In this document: in pieces, positions 53,306-64,000 of the stretch
Numbering within the stretch: position 1 is the first letter of the stretch
How the letters are laid out: each line of letters opens with the position of its first letter
The notes under the pieces: model-generated
What the model saw: the letters and a program-made list of their open reading frames with translations, nothing else
Databases searched by the model: none
What the model was told of the DNA's origin: nothing
Translations under genes and position numbers: made by a program
Source of the DNA: Eledone cirrhosa
Lineage: Eukaryota
Reading direction: 5' to 3'
DNA length: 64,000 nucleotides
NCBI GenBank assembly: GCA_964016885.1
Contig: OZ024759.1
Location: 18,848,001 to 18,912,000 of the forward strand

Positions 53306-56300
53306 TATGCAAATGTTGCACTGTAAACAATGATGGTTATCTCAAATCATGTTGTTTTGCTACAAATATTATGCCCGGGACTTTAAACAATGTTTTCAAT
53401 TATTCATTTGTTTGTTTCTAGAATTTTCCTCTGGATTTAAAGATACTTTAATCTTCGCTTTCATTCTAATATTCTTTAAAAATAAAACACATCGAGATTA
53501 GATAAAACAAGATAAAATACAGTGGATGCTTGTTTTGTTACTGTCTGTATATATCAATATTTATTATAGATATTGTTTATCATCAATTTCTGTTCTAAGT
53601 ACGATTATGAGGTCAGTTTACATTATTTTGGAAGTTAAAATACGCTAAAATATAACAAACTATATTCGATAGTAGCAGAAGGTAATGTTTTTGAAACATG
53701 CATTATCATCGCTTAACTTAAAAGTTTAATGCTTTGAATTTTATCTCTTCTAATACGTTTCGTCATATCTTTTCTTTTTAATCGATTGGCGAGATATGAA
53801 ACCACATTCGATGATCAAAAGGGGTGGAACTCGTTAAATCAGATCACGGAAACAATGTTCCATTGGATGTTTCCATTGCTGATACGATCTATCGGTCGCA
53901 ACGCTTGGCAGAAAGAGCAACGTAAAATAAAGTGTCTTACAAAAGGATGTCGCACATAGCCTGGTCCAGGAATTGAACCCGCAACTTTACAAATGCGAAT
54001 CCAACTCTCTGACCACTAATCCACGTGCCTTAAACATACGTAAGATCATGCCAAATCCTTCAGTTTGGGATTTTCATAGCCACCTTTTCTTTGTCTAAGG
54101 GTAATTTATCCAATTTTCTTAACTATTATCTATAGAGATCAACTGTTTTTGCAGTTATTGTCTGAGTTTGGGACTCTCACTTCTTCCTATTACCACGGGT
54201 TATGTTACATGAAATCGATATTCGATAGTTATGCGCAAAAGTCGCACTCTTTGACACAAGTCAAGTGAAATCTATAATACCCTGGATCGACGTTGTTCAA
54301 CTCAGCAAAACATCTGAAAATATTGGCTGAAAATATCATTTTCAGAGAGAGACTCTTGTAGACGGCAGACTAGAAAGCGATCGAATTTTATTTCTAACAA
54401 GGAGAGAATAAAACGGAGAAGTAAAGGGGTGAAATAATCAATATTTAGATTGGCATACGATAAGTTAATTAAAACTCTGAATGAATAATGCATGCAAGAG
54501 AAGGAGAAAGATCACCGATGTGTAATGATATATTGAAAGAGCCATAGACATAAAATTTAATATCGGAAAAATCAAAAGGAAATTTAAAAAAAAACAGAAT
54601 AAGTATCGTAAATAGTATGAAATTTAGCATGTGAGGCAATCTCACAGCAAATAAAACTTTATAAAGATAAAATTCTATGGAGAGAAGTCTATCTGAACTT
54701 AAATACAATAAGAAACGTGGTTGGTTTGACCATCATTTGACTTGCAGGAATACAACATACTCTACTATCTCTTTTACTTAACCTCTCATAACAATTACAT
54801 ATATCATTAATCATACACTCATTTGACCAGCTCGTAACTGTTGATGGAATCCTAGGGGCGCGCGCCGTAGTGACATACATCTCGGACATTTTTTAACCTG
54901 GCGGAACCCATTCCCTCCAGGTCTGAAGATAGTCGTTTTCTTCCAGAGAGAGAGAGGGGGGGGGCGTGGTAAAGAGGAAGTGGGAAAGAAATATAAAAGA
55001 AAATTCGACACCAATGCGAGACTGCTACGTTTTTATCGACCTCGAAAGAATGAAAAGCAAAGTTGACCTCGGTGGGATTTGAACAGACACCCGGAAGGAA
55101 TACCATCAAGCACTCTCACCGACTTGGGCAATTCACCACACTCGTAAATTAACATATACATATGTACACACCAACATGATATATATACATATGTACACAC
55201 TATTGGATGGCCGTTGACTTACGTTAGTCCCTCCACCTTCTGTCAGGTTTTGTTTTTCATCCTCCTAGATATCCAAAATCCTCCTCCTCATCAAGCAAAA
55301 AACAAACTTGGTGGGGTTGCCGGTTTAGTCGCCGACTACCCGACCATGTGCTAGGTTGTACTAGGTTATAGGTTACCAGTAGCACTCAAGTGATAGGTAA
55401 AATAATGATAGGTAGAGGTAAATAGATTATATAACCAACTTGACATACGTTTCCGTAACATATTTCTGAATCTTTAGAACAGATTTTACCCACACATTAG
55501 CCAGGACTAACTTTAATTGGACATGAGGAAACGTGGTCCACTTTTTGTGATTCGGTGTATATAATTTCTTTTGCGTTCTTGAATAAACAACTTCGTCAAA
55601 GATATATTTTTTCTTGTTTGCAAATCTCTGCAAGGCAAGTTTCTTCTCTATTGGTCAGTTCATGCTCTATCTAATATAATCTGGCTGAGTTTACACTTGC
55701 AAATAAGAAGAACCAGTACCGCCCCTAGGAGCATTGGATTTGGTGTACTTCATATTTGTTTCGGTTGCTGAATACAATCAGGGGTGGCTGCTTCTCCTGA
55801 AGGTCAATAGTGCTCTTCTAACTCGAGTGGGAGCGCCTTTCCAATGTCAATTTGCATTGATCATCTGCAAAGCCGCATTGTTCTCAGAACTACTACACCA
55901 GTCTTTCATTGCGTGCAGCTGGAACTACTGCCACCCATTGATTTAGCAGGATTTTTTATTTCTTTTTAGATGGCCGTTGACTCTTATGAGTTCTTCCACC
56001 CTTTGTCAGGTTTAGTTTGTTTTTTGTTTGTCCTGCAGGGTGTCTAAATTTACCCTCTTCACCAAGTAAACTTGGTGGAGTTGCCGGTTTAGTCGCTGCC
56101 GATCCGACCATGTGACAGGTTGTACTGGGTTACATGTTACCAGTAGCACTCGAGAGTAAGATGACATAAAAATTTCATCTTCTGAAATTACCTATTGGTT
56201 AGATTGTAAGCGAATTAAAAACTGCTGATATTTACACTATTTCCTTCGTTTAACAACCAGTGTGTGTGCTTTATCTATTTTTGTTTAAGCCATGTAAATC

Positions 56301-56689
56301 TGCCTTTTCACACAAAAATACAGTTGTCTCTACTTTCGATCGTACGTGATTGTTTCACTGATATTTTCTTGCGTTTGTATTTTCTTTTGGAATACATTCA
56401 TTTCGAATTCATATTCGGGTGTTCGGGGATTTACTGTTTTCTTTTAAACGGTGTACTATTGCCTTTATTTTTATTATCGTGTTTTGTTTGTTCGTCCTTA
56501 ACAGAATATGATACTGAAAATTATTTCAAACACAACAAATTTCGGGCAAAAAAATTTAAATGATGCTTAAAACAGACTTTCTGTCTCCACTAGCTTTTCA
56601 GGTAAGCCTTCTACTGACGTTTCACGCCCCCTGTGTGAATAATAATAATAGTAAAATAATAATAATAATAATAATAATGATAATAATAA

Positions 56690-56724
<35 letters not shown>

Positions 56725-56784
56725 ATATAAATATAAATATTCTTCTCCAGTAAAATTTGCTAATAATTCAAAAATTTCTCAGAT

Positions 56785-57992
56785 GAATAAGTGTGGTTTC
56801 GCCGAGTCGTCAGAGCGTCGAAAGAAATGCTATGAAATACTGTTTGCAGGCTCCTTACGTTCTGGGTTCAAATCACGCCCAAATCAACTTTGTATATCAT
56901 TATTCTGTGGCAGTATCGGTAGAGGGTCGGACGCCATGCTTTCCAGCATAGTTACGTCCCTTTACGATCTGAGTTCAAATCTCGCTGAGGTTGACTTTGC
57001 CTTTCATCCTTACGAGGTCGATAAAATAAAGTACCAGTAATGCACTGGGTAATTGCTGGCCTTGTGCCAAAAGTAGAAACAATTATTCTGAGGCTTAATA
57101 CCAAAGTGCCAGTCTAGTACTCGGGTTGTTATAATCGGCTTTCTTCACCCCTAAATTGCAGGCCCGTACTGAGTATATGCCGGTAGACTGAGGAGTTGAA
57201 GACCTGAGAGAGGGTGCTTGCCCTGGTGATCAGGGTGGCCGTGGTCTTTTGTGTGGTTTTCACCACGATTGACCCTCGGAGGTTTCCCCCTTTTTGGGGA
57301 ATTTTTGTTACTTGAATTGTTTTGATTTGTTTTTCCACATTTCTATCTTCTTGTTATAACCTTTTTACACTACCAAAACACACTTTTTATCATCTTGTAA
57401 CGTTCTGTGCCGTCTGTAATGTTTGTTTTTTTTCATGTTAGCCCTTGTGGTCAATAAAGAAACCATTATTATTATTATCATTAGGGTTAACTTTGCCTTT
57501 CATCCTTACGGGGTCGATAAAATAAAGTACCAGAAATACACTGGGTAATTGCTGGCCTTGTGCCTAACGTAGAAACAATTATTAGATTTGTAGATTTTTT
57601 TACGTTCCGAGTTCAAATACCGCTAAGGTTAGATTTGCCTTTCATCCTTACAGGGTCGATAAGATAAAGTTCCAGTAACGCACTGGGTCGATTTAATCGA
57701 CTTTCCCCTGTCCCCAAATTGCTAGCCTTGTACCTATATAAGAAACCATTATTAGAGCCGTTATAGCGTCGGGGGAAATGTTTAGCAGTTTGTCAACATC
57801 ATTATTTTGGATTGGCAGTATTGGTAGAGGGTCGGACACCATGCTTTGTAGCATAGAGTTACCTCCCTTTATGATCTGAGTTCAAATCCCGCCGAGGTTA
57901 ACTTTACCTTTCATCCTTACGGGGTCGATAAAATAAAGTACCAGTAATGCACTGGGTAATGTATGGCCTTGTGCCAAAAGTAGAAACAATTA
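56785..57992 (+). mobile_element. Nested cluster of plus-strand major SINEs around an L1/Tx1-like 3' UTR (57170-57480)
   Basis: SINEs at 56908-57085, 57485-57580, 57600-57750 and 57808-57992; UTR ends TGTGCCGTCTGTAATG..AATAAAGAAA+(ATT)n, also seen at 61500-61660. Confidence 0.8.
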
Positions 57993-58166
57993 TTTAATAT
58001 ACAAGTGGCTTCTACAGGACTAGAACTCTTTCAATCGTATGAAATCATCTGGAATATATATATATGTGTGTTTTGCATCTCTGTGTTTGCCCCTTTCTTA
58101 ATATATAACTGTAGCTGCTGTAGAAGGGATGGAATCGTTTAACATCTCTACATCACTAAAGGCATT

Positions 58167-58214
<48 letters not shown>

Positions 58215-58408
58215 ATAATAATAAATTTGAAGATTAAAATCCCAAGAGGGCTCGATAAGGATAAATATATATCAAATATATAAGAACCGTAGAACAAATA
58301 TTTATTAAAATAATAGATTAAAGTTTAAGCAAAGAATCGCTGCTTCAGTTTCAGAAGATCCCGTTAAGGGTGAAAGCAGCGATTCTTTGCTTAAACTTTA
58401 ATCTGTTA

Positions 58409-58472
<64 letters not shown>

Positions 58473-58659
58473 TCTGTGTGTGTGTCTATTTTATCTCTGT
58501 GTTTGCCCTTTTTTTAAATATATATATAGATATATATATTTAAAAAGACAAACACAGAGATACAAAACAAAGAGATACAAAATAAAGTACCAGTAATGCA
58601 CTGGGTAATTGCTGGCCTTGTGCCTAAAGTAGAAACAGTTATTAATGTTATTAATGTTA

Positions 58660-58960
58660 CTAGTTTCACACTTAGTTTCACACTTCTTGTGACGCTAAAC
58701 TCCACCAGTTGCAGTCTGCGCATCAACATGTGATCTCTCTCTCTTCACAAAGTTCGGTCACCAGCAGCAGAGTTCAAAGAGCAAAGATCAAGTCCAGTTC
58801 ATAAGTTGACTGCCGGCCTCTGCTTCTCCGACCAGCCAACCTTCCTTCCAGGGATAACCTACTCACACCATGAGTTGATCTTTTTATATGGCCGTATAGT
58901 TTGTGTACTCTTGACTTGACAATTGATACAATTGGTCTAAGTTTGGTAATGTTGCGCACT
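58660..58960 (-). mobile_element. RTE LINE 3' remnant
   Basis: IVSIVKSRVHKLYGHIKRS..LEGRLAGRRSRGRQ; short tandem AGTGTGAAACTA tail. Confidence 0.8.
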
Positions 58961-59220
58961 TACAGGTGCTTTATTCTGTCGACCCCGTAAGGATCAAAGG
59001 CAAAGATAACCTCAACGGGATTTGATCTTAGATCGTAAAGAGGCGTAATCCTATGCCATAAAACATATTGTCCGACACTCTATCGATATAGTCAAATCAC
59101 CTATTATTATTAACATTATTATAACTTTGCCTTTCATCCTTACGGGGTCGATAAAATAAAGTACCAGTAATGTACTGGGTAGTTGCTGGCCTTGTGCCTA
59201 AAGTAGAAACAATTATTATA

Positions 59221-59410
59221 AGGGCGGTGGATTGGCAGTATCGGTAGAGGGTCGGACGCCATGCTTTCCAGCATAGTTACGTCCCTTTACGATCTGAGTT
59301 CAAATCCCGCCGAGGTTGACTTTGCCTTTCATCCTTACGGGGTCGATAAAATAAAGTACCAGTAATGCACTGGATAATTACTGGCCTTGTGCCTAAAGTA
59401 GAAACAATTA
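59221..59410 (+). mobile_element. Full-length young major SINE (short form), reference copy
   Basis: AGGGCGGTGGATTGGCAGTATCGG (A box) ..GAGTTCAAATCC (B box) ..GTAGAAACAATTA. Confidence 0.95.
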
Positions 59411-60717
59411 TTAACATTATTATTATTTTCTGTAATCATACTAATGAGTGATGGGAGTATAGAATATGGTTTTGACAATTATCATAACGGTATTATCAGA
59501 AGACCCTGTTGATGATGATGCTTCTTTAATGGGATATTTATACGATATTTTTTAACATATTTTAATTGCATTCCAGCATTCGAAATGATGCTATTGTTAA
59601 TTTTCCTTTATCATGAATATGCGATCGTTTTAATTAACACTATCTATCGCATCCAGTCCGAATCTCTTCTGTCTCTGCTATGCACATTTTTCACAATCAA
59701 GATGGTGGTTTTGTGTTCCTTTTACTAACCATCTTTATGGAGATTATTTTTACTTTTTGGGGGGTAAAAAGAAAAAAAATAGGACATAGAAAGTTAATAC
59801 AGAAAGACAAAAAAAAAACAGTATAAATCTTAAAGTAAGATAATACGAACGAAAATCGATTACTCGTCCCTATAACGGAAGTCACGCGTCATTTTTAGTA
59901 CAATAATGCACAGGATAATGCACGGAGCTTCAGGTCAGAACTTGGAATGAAAAGTCCTTTATTGATATGTTTTATTGTTTTGTTTGGGCTATTTATTTAT
60001 TTATATATTTATTTATTTATTGGGTTTTCTTTCAATTGAGTTTTTCATTTATTTTAAGTGCAGATCGGAATTATGTCTCACCAATGGCTGATGTGATAAA
60101 GGAAGGAATTCAATGAGCCCAAGGAAATGGCTTTCAGAAGATCTGAAGCTGCACCAAAGATCCAAGAGAAATTTCGTTTTAGAGAATCGAAATACATTTC
60201 CGAACGACAGAATAAAAATGCATGATTGAACGAATACTAATTTATGATATTTCATTGTTTACATCAGTGTATTTTCACGGACAATTACAGCGATGCAAAT
60301 GGCCAATCATATGATAAATCACCATCGGTTCTGAGGACGAGTCTTCCAGTTTGTTTGATCAACGGAACAGCCTGCTCGTGAAATTAATGTACAAGTGAAC
60401 GAACATTCAAGAAACACGTGTACCCTTTAACGTAATTCTCAGGAAAATTCATCGTAGCAGATAGTTCAACAAGGCCGGCCCTTTGAATTACATGTACAAC
60501 TCATTTTCTTTCCAGGTGAGCGGACAGAAACAAAGTGAAATAAAGTATCTTGCTCAAGGAGACAATGCGCTGTCGGATTACATAGCCCCAATGGAATAGA
60601 GAAACCACTAATCCACCCACCATCAAGAAAGAGCCAATAGCGTGTAACTATTTTACAATCCTGATATAAATGATTTTGGTTCTATGATCAAATCTTGCTT
60701 TCTTATTATTATTATTT

Positions 60718-61373
60718 TGGCAGTATCGGTAGAGGGTCGGACACCATGCTTTGCAGCATAGAGTTACGGCCCTTTACGGTCTAAGTTCAAATCCCGCCGA
60801 GGTTAACTTTGCCTTTCATCCTCACTGGGTCGATAAAGTAAAACACCAGTAACGTACTGGGATCGATTTAATCGACTTTCCCCTCCCCACAAATGACTGA
60901 CCTTGAGCCTATACTAGAAATCTTTATTATTGTTATTATTAGTTATTATTATTGTTATTATTATTGTTATTATTATTTAGGGCGGTGGATTGGCAGCGTC
61001 GGTAGAGGGTCGGACGCCATACTTTGACGTATAGAGTTACGGCCCTTGCCATTCTGTGTTCAAATCCCGCCCAGGTTAACTTTGCCTTTCATCCTTACGG
61101 GGTCGATAAAATAAAGTACCAGTAATGCACTGGGTAATTGCTGGCCTTGTGCCAAAAGTAGAAACAATTATTGTTATTATTAGTATAAAGGCGGTGAATT
61201 GGCAGTATCGGTAGAGGGTCGGACGCCATGCTTTCCAGCATAGTTACGTCCCTTTACGATCTGAGTTCAAATCCCGCCGAGGGTGACTTTGCCTTTCATC
61301 CTTACGGGGTCGATAAAATAAAGTACCAGTAATGTACTGGCTAATTGCTGGCCTTGTGCCTAACGTAGAAACA
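60718..61373 (+). mobile_element. Three head-to-tail young major SINEs
   Basis: 60718-60920 (long form), 60979-61170 and 61188-61373, joined by (TTA)n tails. Confidence 0.95.
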
Positions 61374-61601
61374 GTTAACAATTTAAATCCATTCTTTAAT
61401 CGAAATTTCGAATGCTTAGTAGAAATTTCGAATGCCAAAAGTAGAAACAATTGTTATTGTTGTTACTGTTATTGTTATTATTATTATTATATAAATAATA
61501 AAAATCTTTACACGCACAAAACCCACAACGTACCGTCCTGTACCGTACTGTGCCGTCTGTAATGTTTTTCTTGATGTCAGCCCTAGTGGCCAATAAAGAA
61601 A

Positions 61602-61662
<61 letters not shown>

Positions 61663-61671
61663 CATCATCAT

Positions 61672-61900
61672 CCAGGAAAGGTCGTGGGAGTCCTCAAACA
61701 CTCCATTCAGAGGGTCCTCTCAGAATCAAACGTCTCGATTTGATCCGGCTGAATCCCCAAGCGAGACAAGCCTATCTCATAGATGTTATTCAATTATCTT
61801 GCTGGGAGTCTGATTCGGAGTTTCCTGTCGCTTGGTTTTGTCCGCAAAATCAGTCCAGTGTTTCCTTCCTGAGATATTCGTACCATATGTCCGTAATATT
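61672..61900 (-). mobile_element. RTE LINE 3' remnant
   Basis: YGHMVRISQEG..; homologous to 25265-25372 and 28620-28802. Confidence 0.65.
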
Positions 61901-62152
61901 TTTAATGTTTACGAATAAGAATAACTAGTAAAGATAGTATAATCATTTGAATCAACAACCCTGTCTTCAGATATTTTCTTAGAGGATGTTAAGAGGTAAA
62001 TTTCTCTATGAACATATTGTATCCTCGTAACTCCCGAGGGTGTTGTAAGGGCGCCATATTGACATACGGCTTTTCTAGGGCTTATTTAAAGCTAATGGAG
62101 CCCATTAGCTTCCCTGGGCATGGATACGTTGCTTCCCTGGGCATGGATACAT

Positions 62153-62483
62153 TGAAGCTCCGTCAGAAAACAGCACAGCTCGCATGACTTTCGGAAACAT
62201 TTTTTTCACGCTCTGAGTTGCTGAAGCATGGAACAAACTACCTGCATCGGTTGTTAGCTGTCGAGACACTGCATCCTTTAAAACCTCAATGCTTCCCGAG
62301 ATTCGCCAACACTACACCTAATGTTCCCCCTCCACACACATGCACACATGTATATCATGACCCTTACACTATTCACTTCCCTGACATTTGTATATTATTC
62401 TATGTACTATACATGCACCTTTGACGAGCTGTAGTGCACCTGGGCACTGTACACAATAATTTCATTATTATTATTATTATTAT
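62153..62483 (+). mobile_element. CR1/L2-type LINE 3' end inserted in a chimeric SINE (62025-62730)
   Basis: HDFRKHFF / TL*VAEAWNKLPASVV..ASFK motif, 3' UTR hairpin GTAGTGC..GCACTGT, (ATT)n tail. Confidence 0.85.
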
Positions 62484-63199
62484 TTCTTCTCTAAGTCTGA
62501 ATAAAGCAGATTTCTTTCAGAGAAGGATAGAGAGTGAGAGAATGGAAATGAAAAAGAGATATAGAGGAAGAATCGACCCTAGCACTTGACTGGTACGTTG
62601 TTATCAAATTTGAATGGATGAAAGGTAAAGTGGAGCACAGTGGTGTTTGAACTCAGAGAGAAAAGAGTCAGAACGATTATTGCAAAGCATTCTATCCGAC
62701 GTTCCAACGACTCTGCCCCAATTCTCAGCCTCTAAGAACATTCTTACTTTTGTTATTCAAAAAAGTCACATGGTGATATCAAGAGAATCTGTTAGAACCT
62801 CAACTATCTAAACTATGTGGTTTTCACTAAAAGTAGACATCAATATTAGATTATATATTCTAAAAAAAAAAAAAAAACAGAGCAAAAATTTGAGAGAATC
62901 AGAAAGAACAAAAATGGAAATTTTGCATGAAATAAAATATATATACCATATTGAAGAAATGTGATCATAATTGCTTTATTTATTTCTTCATTTTATCTAT
63001 AGATTTTCTTACTCTGATTCTGTGCTGGAAAATACCCGCCTAAAGAGTAATGCTAGTTTTAATGGAAGTATAAATGTTCCTATTGTGAAAATGATAATTT
63101 CCAAGATATATTACAATAAATACCAAAAAATAAAAACAAATTAAGAAAAAATAAAGATCTACACATTTTCTCTTATTTGCTCTCCATATATTCTATGAT

Positions 63200-63209
63200 T
63201 GTATGTACG

Positions 63210-63243
<34 letters not shown>

Positions 63244-63405
63244 TGTATGTATGTATGTATGTATGTATGTATGTATGTATGTATGTATGTACGTACGTAC
63301 GTACGTACGTATGTATGTATGTATGTATGTATGTATGTACGTACGTACGTATGTATGTATGTATGTATGTATGTATGTATGTATGTATGTATGTATGTAT
63401 GTATG
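63200..63405. repeat. (TATG)n / (TACG)n tetranucleotide repeat
   Basis: Read directly. Confidence 0.97.
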
Positions 63406-64000
63406 CATCTATGCATATATGTATATATATATAAGCATGTATGCATACATATCTATATGTCTATGATTTTATTTAATAGCAATTGCTATAGGAAATATAG
63501 GCATCAATTTTTTCAAAATAAAGTTTCAACGAATTTCTGTAACTTTTCTGCCAGTCAAGTTATAGAGCCAAAGAAAAAATGATATAGCTTAAATAATATG
63601 GTTAAAAAATAATATGGTTAAGCATATTTCTTCCAGCAAACTAGTACTTTATACAAATACTATTTAATGCTAATTTAATAATCTCAGTTAGACACAGATT
63701 ACAATTTCTTGCGGCATTACTCTACGTAATATTTTGAGGAAAATGCAAATAATTATACCTAAATATTTGCCGCAAATGCTGTACCTCAAATCTAGCTCAT
63801 TAGATTTCAATGTTGAAGTCTAATTGGATAGAAGAGGAAGTGTCTAAATGAACACCTTGAAGTTAGTGAATACCACCGTTATAAGAGCCAGTCGTGGATT
63901 CGCCTTAAGTTTGTAAGTTATCTAAATATAATCTGATTAGGTTAAGAGGACAGCAGGAAAGGGACATTTACTTATTTATATATTTAGTTAGTTTCATTTC

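Noticed and set aside
55427-55946. Coding-looking segment between two 190-bp repeats
   Set aside because: Only short frames with stops and no motif I can identify; possibly a decayed TE.

Overview
AT-rich, repeat-saturated eukaryotic DNA, almost certainly intronic or intergenic sequence from an octopod cephalopod (inferred from recognising the octopus tRNA-derived SINE families). I find no convincing host protein-coding gene: nearly all listed ORFs are microsatellite or minisatellite read-throughs, and the only real coding signal is in decayed RTE and CR1/L2 LINE 3' ends. The window holds >30 tRNA-SINE copies of several families, four mariner-type MITE copies, a 1.46-kb non-autonomous hAT element with TIRs and an 8-bp TSD, a 32-bp x32 minisatellite and local duplications. 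The main discovery is a set of short elements sitting inside (TA)n arrays that carry type I hammerhead ribozyme (HHR) motifs. Seven motifs have an intact CUGANGA/GAAA/UH core (590-654, 727-794, 861-928, 14404-14489, 22279-22344, 34546-34670, 39375-39429) and several more are degenerate. They belong to multiple sequence-distinct families and occur as fold-backs or as a 468-nt tandem unit, the architecture expected of Penelope-like element termini or retrozymes. All folding and alignments were done by eye; no activity or database match was tested, and many boundaries are approximate.
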